Below are positions 50,601-60,171 of a DNA stretch of 64,000 bases, piece by piece; the first letter of the stretch is position 1, and the number at the start of each line of letters is the position of its first letter. Origin of the DNA: Candidatus Delongbacteria bacterium (lineage in GTDB: Bacteria; CAIWAD01). Where the stretch lies: contig OY760505.1 of assembly GCA_963663545.1 (NCBI GenBank), forward strand, positions 3,328,001 through 3,392,000, written 5' to 3'. Under the pieces are notes generated by a model. The model did no database searches. It worked only from the letters and a program-made list of their open reading frames with translations, and had not been told where the DNA came from. The position numbers were made by a program, and so were the translations under genes.

Positions 50601-52939
50601 ATTCCTTCGAGATTCTCAATTACACCTTCCCGCCCTCGAGCTTCAACGCTACCGATGGCGAGATTGATGTAGTTGAGTTGACCTGGGGTGTGCCCCGTGA
50701 TCCGAGTGCCTTCTTTGAAGGTTTCGAGAATGGTATTCCTGCCACTTGGACCAACCTGAATGTGGACGCCGGTAGCCAGATGTGGACGGCCTACAATTCT
50801 GGTGTGTATGAAGGTTCCTATTGCGCCGCTGTGCGTTATGAGTCCAGCTCGCTGGTCAACAACGACTGGCTGATCACGCCGGCCCTCGATGTTACCGCCG
50901 CTTCCGTCCTGAGCTTCATGACGAAGCGTTCCGGCACCTACTATCCCGATGCCATGGATGTGGCCATTTCCACCACGGATACCGATCCTGCCAGCTTCAC
51001 CACCGTGCTGCAGACGATCAGCGCGGATGCTGCCACTTATCATGAAGTAGCGATCGCTCTGAGCGCCTATGATGGTATGACCGTCTACATCGGCTTCCAT
51101 TACTATGGTGACGATGAGATGCGTCGTTACATCGATAACGTAGAGGTTACTGGCATTGCGACACGGGCTGCCGTTGCCAGCGAGTGGAGCACGCCGGTCG
51201 AGGCTGACGCGGCTGCCATTCGTGCCGAAGTAAAGGGTAAGAATGTCAGCGCTGCTGAGCTGAACGCTCTGCTCAACCCGGCTGACAATGCTTCCCGCGC
51301 TTTCCTGAACTATGAAGTGTATCGCGATGATGTGGCCATTGCTACCACCGCGAATCTGTTCTATGATGACACTCCGCCCGTGGCCGAGCAGGTCTATAAC
51401 TACTACGTGAAGGCTATTTGGGACGGCGGTACTTCCGACGCTTCCGATAGTGACACTGGTTACTTCATCTTGGAAGGTCCGACCCTGACCCACACCGCCT
51501 TGGATGACACTGAATTTGCTGGTCCCTATGCCGTGACCGTTGACGCTGTCAGCGTCAGTGGCACGACCGTTACGGGTGTCAGCCTGTTCTGGAGCCTCGA
51601 TGGTGTGAACTTCACCGAGATCGAGATGACGCAGACCACCGCTCCGGCCTGGGACGCCCAGCTGCCCGCCGTTGCGGCACCTGCCGAGTACGAGTACTAT
51701 TTCGTGGCTGTTGATGATGCCCCGAGCAGCACCACCAGCTATTCTTACTGGTTCACCCTGTATGATTATACAGCGGCTCCCCAGAACTTCATCGCTTCCG
51801 ATGGCCGTCCCGATGACATCTATCTGGATTGGGATTCCCCGGTCACCACTGTGACGATGGAGAGCCTGGTTGAGCAGGGCATGAGCAAGGAAGAAGCCGA
51901 GGCCGTGATCAATGAGAACGCCTCCCGTGACTTCCAGACCTACGTTGTGTATCGTGACGGTGTGGCCATTGACAGCACCACCAACACCTACTACTACGAT
52001 TACACTGGTGTCGAGTATCAGGTGTACGAGTACACCGTGACCGCCCTGTGGGACGGTGGCGAGTCTGCCGGTGCCACGGATACCGGTTACTTCGGTCGTG
52101 ACACCCAGGGTGGACCTGATGCCTTCGGTTATCGCTGGATCAACAGTGTAAATGCTGCTGGCCCCGTGTACAACTGGATCGAGGCCGGTGCCGGCGTCGG
52201 TACGGAGCTGGATACTCTGACGGGTCATGATGATGCCCGTTATGAGTTCACCCTGCCGCGTGCCTTCAACTTCTACGGTAACGACTACACCCAGATGATG
52301 ATCAGCGTCAACGGTTGGGTTGCTTTCGATACGGATTCAACCGGCGCTATCTGGAACAACAAGCTGTTGCCGGATACTCTTGGCACGAATCCTGACCTGA
52401 TGATCTGCCCCTTCTGGGATGATTTGGGTACGCTCACCGGTGCCGTGTACACCTACGATGACGCTGCCAACGGTCGCTTCATTATCCAGTGGGATGCTGT
52501 TGGTCGTCTGTCGGGAACCACCCCGTCCTACACCTTCCAGCTGATCCTGAATGACAATGGCGAAATTCTGGTGCAGTACAATTCCATGACTGGAATCGTC
52601 AACAGTGCCACTGTTGGTATTGAGAACGAGGATGCCACCATCGGTCTGAGCGCGAACTACAACGACGCTGGTGGTCTGATTGCTGACGGTGTTGCGGTTC
52701 TGTTCACCACGGCTTCCGATTGTGCTGAAGCTGTGATTGACATCGCTTGCTCTGGCAACAATGCCGTGCTGAGCTGGGCTGCTGTGGCCGGTGCAACCGA
52801 CTACCGCGTCTTGGCCGCCACGGAAGCCTATGGCACCTACACTGAGCTTGGTGTCACTGGTGGAGCCCTGACCTACACCGATTCGGGTGCAGTGGTTGCC
52901 GGTTACAAGTTCTACAAGGTTGTGGCTGTTTGCGAATAA
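47606..52939 (+). CDS. Large secreted modular surface/adhesin-like protein (cleaved-adhesin/choice-of-anchor J, FN3/Ig and NIDO-like repeats)
   Basis: Signal peptide; two ESFE/FEGFE..NDWL(V/I)T adhesin-like domains; three YNVYR-type FN3 repeats; two GGPD..GY.W / FWDDL / ATVGIEN domains; no catalytic motif recognised. Confidence 0.8.
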   Translation: MKRFLVLGAYGILAATLFAGVAYATQSTVVPAGGALVPTGTSAQMRAPSSNAPHVGVRNSDCSLAEPILTSAGTHTVPVGGYQYFSYTGIGVGLNIETNLAGTDCDSDLYIFSDCDHLVDELYYVDGISPDYRAYLTDGSFTFEAGVDYIIAFTEYYGDGGNIEFTVSEGVLYPVPANDECVNAIAVNTYPSTVTGTTNGATIDCPENEDIDDWNAVWYAIDLPNADNDVWIDYCGMTESFSTMGIILLENCGCEEEPLIAPYYGWDWDCGDTTTKPYAFWTQLAGPTTLYLPIYLGGGMDFSFNIDVTPANYAPTIDNLTILPHTEVAGPYTVSADVVDPESGLTDVSLVYAVNGGTEVTLSMTAVGDTYSAAIPAVDLGDEVTYAVTATDGFWTTTSAAASFEYRAVQWPPTSFAATEGEFGDVSLTWSAPVMPPPANMESFESGMPADWTYYNEDGDSYHWEAYATAVAYDGGYVARVQYNSSGNNDWLVTNARQGTATSEITYQLANYYSSYPESYEVYAMASATVPTAADFVASGTLLTSGTLPTGTAWHEFSHDLSAFDGQQVYIAFRCTSVDEYYLYLDAVVFDDLDAVTVVASAGEPASTDNDLEGMMQKLGLSKDQAMARIAAEQQIESTRAMLGYNVYRESVLIATTMDLFYDDVPPLPETDYTYYVTAVYDAGESDPSDTAVGSYLVRPTSGGPDLLGYTWIHSDDASGPAYAWTDIVATGTAATLTSDDSVDGPFAIGFEFPFYENSYTEFYVNSNGLVTFGASSTAFSNVQLPNTATPNNLIAAFWDDLNPTASDPDGTVYYLYDSINETLTVQYNLVANGGTVEFAFQTILMADGNILVQIQNVDENDVVGATVGIENADGTSGLSANFNGDGCLLADGVAILFERPDADVFPPALVVTPLDDTEITSAPYTVSAEITDASGIGSAVLYYQVSAGGYTSVAMTNTTGDTYTADIPAQTAGALIDYYVEATDLGLPTANTATSSTYSFEILNYTFPPSSFNATDGEIDVVELTWGVPRDPSAFFEGFENGIPATWTNLNVDAGSQMWTAYNSGVYEGSYCAAVRYESSSLVNNDWLITPALDVTAASVLSFMTKRSGTYYPDAMDVAISTTDTDPASFTTVLQTISADAATYHEVAIALSAYDGMTVYIGFHYYGDDEMRRYIDNVEVTGIATRAAVASEWSTPVEADAAAIRAEVKGKNVSAAELNALLNPADNASRAFLNYEVYRDDVAIATTANLFYDDTPPVAEQVYNYYVKAIWDGGTSDASDSDTGYFILEGPTLTHTALDDTEFAGPYAVTVDAVSVSGTTVTGVSLFWSLDGVNFTEIEMTQTTAPAWDAQLPAVAAPAEYEYYFVAVDDAPSSTTSYSYWFTLYDYTAAPQNFIASDGRPDDIYLDWDSPVTTVTMESLVEQGMSKEEAEAVINENASRDFQTYVVYRDGVAIDSTTNTYYYDYTGVEYQVYEYTVTALWDGGESAGATDTGYFGRDTQGGPDAFGYRWINSVNAAGPVYNWIEAGAGVGTELDTLTGHDDARYEFTLPRAFNFYGNDYTQMMISVNGWVAFDTDSTGAIWNNKLLPDTLGTNPDLMICPFWDDLGTLTGAVYTYDDAANGRFIIQWDAVGRLSGTTPSYTFQLILNDNGEILVQYNSMTGIVNSATVGIENEDATIGLSANYNDAGGLIADGVAVLFTTASDCAEAVIDIACSGNNAVLSWAAVAGATDYRVLAATEAYGTYTELGVTGGALTYTDSGAVVAGYKFYKVVAVCE

Positions 52940-52979
52940 GCAAACTGCAGTAGCTGCCTAGCAGCACCTTGACTTCCCT

Positions 52980-53010
52980 GCCCTGCCTGCTTTTGCAGGC
53001 AGGGCTTTTT
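52980..53010 (+). terminator. Rho-independent terminator
   Basis: GCCCTGCCTGC-tttt-GCAGGCAGGGC-TTTTT. Confidence 0.85.
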
Positions 53011-53095
53011 CTATCGCTTGTGTTTTTCCGCTTATGAGTCACGGATTCCGGTTTCGAAATGCCGATGCACTGACCATGTGATCAGGAGGTCGTGA

Positions 53096-53905
53096 ATGAA
53101 AGCGGTTGAGCCAGAACATCGCCAGGAAGGCAAGTTGAAACGTCGCGCCTATGAGGCCGAATTGTCGCGCCTGCAAATCGAATTGGTCAAGCTGCAGGAA
53201 TGGGTGCGTCACGCTGGCTTGAAGGTGGTCGTGCTTTTTGAGGGCCGGGACGCGGCAGGCAAGGGCGGAACCATCAAACGTATCACGCAGAGTCTAAATC
53301 CTCGCATTTGCCGGGTAGTCGCTCTGGGCACTCCGACGGAGCGCGAGAAGAGCCAGTGGTACTTCCAGCGCTACGCCCCGCACTTGCCAGCAAAGGGAGA
53401 GATGGTGCTCTTTGACCGTAGCTGGTACAACCGTGCGGGCGTTGAACACGTCATGGGCTTCTGCACGCAGGACGAATACAAGGAGTTTCTGCGCACCTGT
53501 CCCGAGTTCGAGGCCATGCTGGTGCGTAGTGGCATCCTGCTGGTCAAGTACTGGTTTTCCGTCTCCGACGAAGAGCAGGAGCGGCGCTTCCGCAAACGGC
53601 TTACCGACCCTACCCGGCGCTGGAAACTGAGCCCGATGGATCTGGAATCCCGCGCGCGCTGGGTCGAGTACTCAAAGGCCAAGGATGCCATGCTGGAGCA
53701 TACCCACAGCAAACAGGCGCCCTGGTTTGTTGTACCCGCGGACAACAAGCGTAAGGCTCGTCTAAATTGTATCACGCACCTGCTCAGCCTGATTCCCTAC
53801 AAGGATCTGACTCCCGACGCCATTGAGCTTCCGCCCCGTCAACCGGCGGCCAACTACAAGCGCCCCCCCTTTGACAAGCAGAACTTCGTTCCGGAAATCT
53901 GGTGA
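53096..53905 (+). CDS. ppk2: Polyphosphate kinase 2
   Basis: FEGRDAAGKGGTIKRI, WYFQRY, FDRSWYNRAGVE, WKLSPMD. Confidence 0.95.
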   Translation: MKAVEPEHRQEGKLKRRAYEAELSRLQIELVKLQEWVRHAGLKVVVLFEGRDAAGKGGTIKRITQSLNPRICRVVALGTPTEREKSQWYFQRYAPHLPAKGEMVLFDRSWYNRAGVEHVMGFCTQDEYKEFLRTCPEFEAMLVRSGILLVKYWFSVSDEEQERRFRKRLTDPTRRWKLSPMDLESRARWVEYSKAKDAMLEHTHSKQAPWFVVPADNKRKARLNCITHLLSLIPYKDLTPDAIELPPRQPAANYKRPPFDKQNFVPEIW

Positions 53906-54007
53906 TACATGGTTGCGGGTTGATGCAAGCTGTGCTCACTGCTATACTAATGACATCAGTTTTCCAGCATCCGTCAACACAAGGGATGCGCAACACGGGA
54001 GTTGAAC

Positions 54008-54418
54008 ATGAGCGATCTGCTGCGCGAAGAGGAAGTGACGCTGGAGCGCGTCGAGGGTATTTTCAAGGCTGCCTACATGGAAGTGAGTCGTGATAACGAT
54101 GGCGACCTCTGCGTAGCTGAATCCGGTGTACGTGCTTTCGTCAAGGTGGACGAAGAGCGCAAACTCATCACCATGTTTTCCCTTTGGGGCATGCGCGAAG
54201 AGGCAGCGGAAGCCGACAAATTGAGTTTCATCAATTCGCTGAACGACGGTCTGATTCTGGTGCGCTTCTGCATGCCGCGCCCCGCCACTCTGTGGTGTGA
54301 CTATCAGTTGATGTATGCCGGTGGTCTGAATTCCTATGGCCTGGTCATGACCGCAAAGCGCTTCCTCAACATCGTCAAGGGCGCTGTCATGAAGGATGAG
54401 AGCAATCTGATCTCGTAG
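54008..54418 (+). CDS. YbjN-domain-like protein
   Basis: RDNDGDL, FINSLND...VRF, LWCDY; about 136 aa. Confidence 0.6.
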   Translation: MSDLLREEEVTLERVEGIFKAAYMEVSRDNDGDLCVAESGVRAFVKVDEERKLITMFSLWGMREEAAEADKLSFINSLNDGLILVRFCMPRPATLWCDYQLMYAGGLNSYGLVMTAKRFLNIVKGAVMKDESNLIS

Positions 54419-54467
54419 ACGAACAGAGTGCGCGGTAGTCAAACCGTGACACAGCAAAGGACAAGCG

Positions 54468-54489
54468 AGCGGGCTTCGGCCCGCTTTTT
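54468..54489 (+). terminator. Rho-independent terminator
   Basis: AGCGGGC-ttcg-GCCCGCT-TTTT. Confidence 0.75.
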
Positions 54490-54580
54490 CTATCTGCAGA
54501 GAGATAAGCGCGACTACTTGTGCTTTGGTCAGTGCAGGTCTCCTGTTACATTAACCAGCTACAACGAAGAGGAGATTTGC

Positions 54581-55255
54581 ATGAGGCAGCTTGTTCTGTT
54601 TCTCGGCCTGCTGTTGCCGCTCAGTCTGCTGGCCGCAGAGTGGGAGCTCCGCAAAGAAGAGGATGGCATTGTTGTTCACACACGCGATGTCCAAGGGCAG
54701 AGCTTCGCAGAGTACCGGGGGCGCTGTGTACTCGAGTGTGAGCTGACCGAAGCTCTTGCCGTGTTACACGACGTGGCAGCCTTTAACGACTGGATGCCGG
54801 ACACCGAAAACGCACGCCTTTTGCAGCGTAGCAACTGCGATCAGGTGTATGCGCTGGAAACACCCGCGCCGTGGCCGGTCAGCCGCCGGGACGGCGTGTA
54901 TCGCTATCATTTTGAGCGTGATACAACTTTGGCGTTTGTCCGCATAGCCATTTCAGCACTGCCTGAAGAGCTGCCGGAGCAGAAGGGTTGCCAGCGTGTG
55001 GTTGCCGCTAACGGTTTCTGGCTGCTTCGTCCGCTTGAGGCAGGCGGGCTTCAAGTGACCTACCAGCTGCTGGTCAATCCCGGTGGCAGCCTACCGGCCT
55101 GGCTTGCCAATACCAAGGCCGTATCACGCCCCTATGAGATGCTGCACCATTTGCGGGCAAGAGTTGCAGCAAAGGCCGCCTCGACAGAAGAGACGGTGGC
55201 GCTGTGTGATACGGATCTGCACAACTGGATCGTGAAAGTGGACTCAGAGGAGTAG
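54581..55255 (+). CDS. Exported START domain protein
   Basis: Signal peptide; WELRKEEDGIVV, PWPVSRRD, NPGGSLPAWLAN. Confidence 0.85.
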   Translation: MRQLVLFLGLLLPLSLLAAEWELRKEEDGIVVHTRDVQGQSFAEYRGRCVLECELTEALAVLHDVAAFNDWMPDTENARLLQRSNCDQVYALETPAPWPVSRRDGVYRYHFERDTTLAFVRIAISALPEELPEQKGCQRVVAANGFWLLRPLEAGGLQVTYQLLVNPGGSLPAWLANTKAVSRPYEMLHHLRARVAAKAASTEETVALCDTDLHNWIVKVDSEE

Positions 55256-55257
55256 TT

Positions 55258-55773
55258 GTGTCACAGCAGGACTTTCCGGCCAACCCCGTCAATGTGATGC
55301 ACTTTCTGCGTATGGTGCAGGCGCATCACGTTCGCCTGAGTGCGATGGCGGATCAGAAAGCCAGCATGCTCATTGCCACCTGCTCCATCATCCTGACTCT
55401 GATCGGCGGCTACGTCCGTTCCCACGGATTCTCTGCGCCGCTGATCATTGTCGCCGTGTTTCCTACCGTAAGCGTCGTTATGGGAATCCTGGCGGCCACA
55501 CCGCGTAATACAAATTTCAACCGCCACAGCAAGAACCTGAATCCGCTGTTCTTTGGCCATTTCACCTTGCTGGACAAGGACGACTACCTCACCCGCATGG
55601 ACCAGATTATGAGCACCGAGGAGAGTCTGCATCGCGCCATGCTGGACGACATCTTCGGGCTGGGCCTTGTGCTGCGAAAGAAGTACCGCTTGCTTCGTGT
55701 GAGCTATCTGGTTTTCTTGGCGGGTTTTTTTGCTGCCGCACTGGTGGGCGCGTTTTCTTTCCTGTTCAACTAG
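55258..55773 (+). CDS. Pycsar effector family (DUF5706-like) membrane protein
   Basis: HHVRLSAMADQKASMLI, NPLFFGHF, LGLVLRKKYRLLRVSYLVF; three TM. Confidence 0.75.
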   Translation: MSQQDFPANPVNVMHFLRMVQAHHVRLSAMADQKASMLIATCSIILTLIGGYVRSHGFSAPLIIVAVFPTVSVVMGILAATPRNTNFNRHSKNLNPLFFGHFTLLDKDDYLTRMDQIMSTEESLHRAMLDDIFGLGLVLRKKYRLLRVSYLVFLAGFFAAALVGAFSFLFN

Positions 55774-55848
55774 TGCGCCAGGTTTGCGCTGCCGTGTCAC
55801 ACCAGCGCTTCCATGATCGTGTTTCCATGACAGAACCAAGGGGATAAG

Positions 55849-58800
55849 ATGTTTGCTAAACCTACCTACCTGCTGGCCGCGTTGGCAGTGGTGACTCTGG
55901 CTCAGGCGCAGATTTCCTGGACCGATCCCGTGGCACCACAAATCGGCCAGGACCTGACCGTGTATTACGACAGCAACGAAGGAGCTGTCCCGGCGGGCAA
56001 CGTGCGCCTGCATTGGGGCGTGTACGACCCCGAGACAACCAACTGGATCTCGCCTCCTACTGCCAATTGGCCTACTGGAAGTGCGCTGCACACCGATGGC
56101 GTAGCTCTTCAGAGTCCGATGACAAGTGAGGGCGACGGTGTGTACTCGGTGCTGCTTCCTTCCAACGAGCCCATGGAGCACATCGCCTACGTTTTTACCG
56201 ACGGCACGAACTGGGAGAGCAACGGCGGCAGTAACTGGGGTGTGGATTACGTGGAAGAAGGCGTTGCCTGTTGGTGGACGCCCGAGGAGCCCGAAACCGG
56301 TGATACAGTGACACTGTATTACGATGCCGGACCGGGCACGCTGCCCGATGGCGCGACGGTGCAATTGCACTGGGGTGTCAACGAGTTTGGTTTCGGCAAC
56401 TGGAACCTGCCGCCGGAGGCAATGTGGCCCGCGGGAACCGTCTCGCAGGGATCCGCCGCCCGTACGCCGATGGTATCACAGGGCGACGGCCTTTGGAGCC
56501 TGAGTATCACGCCGGTTGATACTATCAATACGGTGCATTGGGTGTTTACCGATGGCAGCAATTGGGACAACAATGAGGGCGACAATTGGAACCTGAACAT
56601 CGGCGATGCACCGGTGGTGTACGACGTGCCGGTTCACTTCGAGCTGAATCCGAGCAGCGCCTTTTACAGCGGGCCGACGACCATCACGGCCGTGACCGTT
56701 GCCGGACAGTTCAACAGCTGGAACATGAGTGCTGATCCGCTGACGGATCGCGGTGACGGCGTCTGGACCGGCGATATCACCATGCAGGAAGGCGTTTACA
56801 ACTACAAGTTCGTGGTCAACGGTAGTAGCTGGAACTCGGATCCGGACAACCCGCAGGTCAATTCCGACGACAACAACAACTCCATCGTCGAGGTGGTTGC
56901 AGCCGATCATCCGCGGCTTGCCCGCTTCAACCTGCCCTATGGCCGTTGCTACTCGGAGACTCAATCTGTTGATCTGGCGGCTACATTTTATCCTACCGAT
57001 ACGCTGGCCGTCTTCGACTGGGAGGCAACTTCCGTAATCCATAACGGTACGTCGCTAGCCTTTGACTACGACTCGGATACGATCTATCTGAACGTTGACC
57101 TGACCACGGGAATGAATACGGTCAGCTTCATTGTCTACGACGAGAACGGTGGCCTCTGTACCACCGACTGGCGCGCCATTGTATCACCAAGCGGTTGGTA
57201 TCACGCCGATTTTCCCGAAGACGACGATGGCCCAGGTTCCTACACATATCCGACCCCCTTCGACAGTTACACCGATATCGCTTATGTGGGACTGAGCGAG
57301 GCCGCCGACGGCGACAGCCTGCACATGCGCATTATGATGATGAGCACGCCTTCGGACTACACCAAGCTCGCCTGTCTGATTCTGCCGACCCTGGACAATC
57401 AGCCCGAGAGCGATCATATCGCCGAAGAGCTCAATACGCCCGCGTGGTCCGGTGCTGGCGGCGTGTTCTTGAGCCTGATGGTGCCGACTGCGAGCAGCCT
57501 GGATGAAGAGCAGGATCTGCGTCTTGTGTACAGCGCCGATCCATTTGAAGCCAGCGATCCCATTCCCGTTTGGGTCTCCGGTTCGGCCATCCTGGCTTCG
57601 CTGCCGATGGATCTGCTGGAAAGTCGTCTTGGTGGCTGGGCTGCCGAATGGTACTTCGCGGTCTGGTCGATGATCGACGGTGTGCAACCGGTGAGTGGCG
57701 GCTGCTTCGAGATTGGTGCCGCCAATGGCGGTGTGGCCGAAGCCTTCGATACCGACGTTTACGATCTCGCCTTTACCAACACGCGTTGGGAAGAGAATCG
57801 CATCCTGGGCAACAGCTTCCTCAGCCGCACGGCGACCATCGATGGCATGGGCCGCGGTTTTGCCGGCATTCTGCCTGAGCAGGTCGGCCCGCACATGATG
57901 GCTCCCGGCCCGCGTTTGCAGATCCTGACCCAGGGCGCCAGCAGCGTGCTTTCCTGGCATACCATTGCCGGCACAGCCAGTGACAACCTGGAAGGCCAGG
58001 TGGGCCTGGTGCGCACCAGCGCTCAGGGCAGTGATACAAACTGGGTGGACGCGAACGATGGCGAGTGGAGCTACAGCCTGAGCCTGCACGAGGGCGTCAA
58101 CACCTTCCAGGCCGTGGGACAGGACGGCGAAGGCGAGTGGGGCAGCAGCGCCACACTGGATTACATCTACAATGTGAATCACGCGCCGGTGCCCAACATT
58201 GCCATGAGCACCACCAACGAGGGCTACATCAGCCTGAGCGGCAGCAACACGATGGACGTGGATGGCGACATCACGAGCTGGCTCTGGGAGGCCGAAGCGG
58301 GCAACCCCGAGACGCTGACGCTGGTGAACCCCACTTCGATGAATGCGCGCGTAGAGGAGCTGCCCCAGACCGACGGCGAGTATTGGCTGCGCCTGACGGC
58401 GACCGACAGCGCGGGAAACAGCGACTACGCCCGTTGCCTTTTCGAGATGGAGAGCGGATCGGCGCATCTGGTGGACAGCGACGGCTTCCCGCTGTGGGTA
58501 CGCGACGCCATCATCTACGAGATCTTCGTGCGCAGTTTTGATTCGGCCCGCACTCTGGCCGCCGTCACCGATCGCCTGGACGAGATCGCCGAGTTGGGTG
58601 TCACCTGCATCTGGTTCATGCCCATCTTTGAAGGTCCTTCGGATCACGGCTACGAAATCACCGACTATTACAGCATTGAAGCCGATTACGGATCGCTCGA
58701 GGATCTCGAAGAGCTGGTACAGGCCGCCCATGATCTGGGACTACGCGTGGTGCTGGACATGGTCATCAACCACTCGGGCATCGGCCACGCCTGGATGCAG

Positions 58801-60087
58801 AATGCACAGGCCTTCGGCGAGAACACGCAGTACTACAATTACTACATGTGGAATGCCGACGGCTCGCACCAGTACTACTACGACTGGTACAGCCTGCCCA
58901 ATTTCAACGTCAGCAACAGTGATCTGCGCCACGACATCAACGAGATGTGCCGTTACTGGGTCGAGGATATCGGCGTGGACGGCTATCGCTGCGATGTGGC
59001 CTGGGGTCCCATGGAGCGCGACGCTTCCTTCTGGAACGACTGGCGCAAGACCATCCGTCGCAAGCGTCCCGATCTGCTGTTGTTGGCAGAAGCGGGCGGA
59101 ACGGATTTCAGCATCTACGACGATCGTTTCAACCTGGCCTACGATTGGGACCTCTACCACAACGTGATACAAAACATGGACGTTGTATCACCGAGTACGG
59201 TGCAGGATCGCATCAGCAATGTGGGTTTCTGGTTCCCCGACAACGGCCTGCCTTTCCGCTTCCTCGAGAATCACGACGAGGAGCGCTTCGCGCTGAATCA
59301 CACGGTGCAGCAGTCGAAGATGACCCAGGCGCTGATCATGAGTGCACCCGGCGTGCCGCTGATCTACGCCGGTCAGGAAGTGGGGGAGACCTCTCAGCGC
59401 GGACTCATCGACTGGAGTGACGATGAGAACATGCGTCCCTACTTCCAGCGTCTGTGCGCCATTCGCAATGAGTTCGTTGCTCTGCGCACCAACCGCGCGC
59501 AGCAGTTGACGGTGACGACGCCTTCGCAGGTCTACGCCATGGCGCGTGTTGCCGATCAGCCCGAAAGCGATGGCGTGGTGCTGGCCGCTTTCAATCTTAG
59601 CGACAACGACCGTGACGAAACGCTGACCTTGACGCCAGCGGAGTGGGGCATGGAAACGGGTCAGTGGTACGCAACCGATCTGATCACCGGTGAGACCTGG
59701 GACTTCAGCTCGGGCTTGTCCACCAGCTTTGACATCGAGATGAATCCCTGGGATTGTCGCCTGCTCTGGGTCGGTCCGACGACGGCTTTGCTGCCCGATA
59801 CCGAGACGGGCACTCAGCCGGTGGAATTCAAACTGGGCAAGGCCTATCCCAATCCCTTCAATCCGACAACGACCATTCCCTTCCAATTGCCGGTGCCCGA
59901 AGAGCATTTGCGCCTGGCCGTCTATGATTTGCTGGGTCGCGAAGTGGAGGTCCTGCTGAGTGGCCCCGTGGCCGCCGGCAGTCACATGATTACCTGGCAG
60001 GCCAGCCGCTACGCTTCGGGTGTGTATTTCGTGCGTCTGGAAGGAAGCCGTCAGATGGATGTGCAGAAAGTGCTGCTCTTGAAGTGA
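55849..60087 (+). CDS. Secreted multi-CBM GH13 alpha-amylase family glycosidase with T9SS type-A-like C-terminal domain
   Basis: Two LHWGV..W starch-binding-like repeats, CBM48-like VAGQFNSW..YKFVVNG, DDDGPGSYTYP, GH13 VLDMVINH / GYRCDVA / LAE / FLENHD, C-terminal YPNPFNPTT...KVLLLK. Confidence 0.92.
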   Translation: MFAKPTYLLAALAVVTLAQAQISWTDPVAPQIGQDLTVYYDSNEGAVPAGNVRLHWGVYDPETTNWISPPTANWPTGSALHTDGVALQSPMTSEGDGVYSVLLPSNEPMEHIAYVFTDGTNWESNGGSNWGVDYVEEGVACWWTPEEPETGDTVTLYYDAGPGTLPDGATVQLHWGVNEFGFGNWNLPPEAMWPAGTVSQGSAARTPMVSQGDGLWSLSITPVDTINTVHWVFTDGSNWDNNEGDNWNLNIGDAPVVYDVPVHFELNPSSAFYSGPTTITAVTVAGQFNSWNMSADPLTDRGDGVWTGDITMQEGVYNYKFVVNGSSWNSDPDNPQVNSDDNNNSIVEVVAADHPRLARFNLPYGRCYSETQSVDLAATFYPTDTLAVFDWEATSVIHNGTSLAFDYDSDTIYLNVDLTTGMNTVSFIVYDENGGLCTTDWRAIVSPSGWYHADFPEDDDGPGSYTYPTPFDSYTDIAYVGLSEAADGDSLHMRIMMMSTPSDYTKLACLILPTLDNQPESDHIAEELNTPAWSGAGGVFLSLMVPTASSLDEEQDLRLVYSADPFEASDPIPVWVSGSAILASLPMDLLESRLGGWAAEWYFAVWSMIDGVQPVSGGCFEIGAANGGVAEAFDTDVYDLAFTNTRWEENRILGNSFLSRTATIDGMGRGFAGILPEQVGPHMMAPGPRLQILTQGASSVLSWHTIAGTASDNLEGQVGLVRTSAQGSDTNWVDANDGEWSYSLSLHEGVNTFQAVGQDGEGEWGSSATLDYIYNVNHAPVPNIAMSTTNEGYISLSGSNTMDVDGDITSWLWEAEAGNPETLTLVNPTSMNARVEELPQTDGEYWLRLTATDSAGNSDYARCLFEMESGSAHLVDSDGFPLWVRDAIIYEIFVRSFDSARTLAAVTDRLDEIAELGVTCIWFMPIFEGPSDHGYEITDYYSIEADYGSLEDLEELVQAAHDLGLRVVLDMVINHSGIGHAWMQNAQAFGENTQYYNYYMWNADGSHQYYYDWYSLPNFNVSNSDLRHDINEMCRYWVEDIGVDGYRCDVAWGPMERDASFWNDWRKTIRRKRPDLLLLAEAGGTDFSIYDDRFNLAYDWDLYHNVIQNMDVVSPSTVQDRISNVGFWFPDNGLPFRFLENHDEERFALNHTVQQSKMTQALIMSAPGVPLIYAGQEVGETSQRGLIDWSDDENMRPYFQRLCAIRNEFVALRTNRAQQLTVTTPSQVYAMARVADQPESDGVVLAAFNLSDNDRDETLTLTPAEWGMETGQWYATDLITGETWDFSSGLSTSFDIEMNPWDCRLLWVGPTTALLPDTETGTQPVEFKLGKAYPNPFNPTTTIPFQLPVPEEHLRLAVYDLLGREVEVLLSGPVAAGSHMITWQASRYASGVYFVRLEGSRQMDVQKVLLLK

Positions 60088-60134
60088 TACAAAAGGAGTG
60101 GAATCAAGAGCCGCTTGGTTCCACGTGTGCATGC

Positions 60135-60171
60135 AAAGCCCCCGATCCCGGAAAGGAATCGGGGGCTTTTT
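60135..60171 (+). terminator. Rho-independent terminator
   Basis: AAAGCCCCCGAT...ATCGGGGGCTTTTT. Confidence 0.85.

Noticed and set aside
50567..52228. Long antisense ORFs (also 57184-58731, 852-2036, 34842-36029)
   Set aside because: Shadow frames of well-supported genes in GC-rich, codon-biased DNA.
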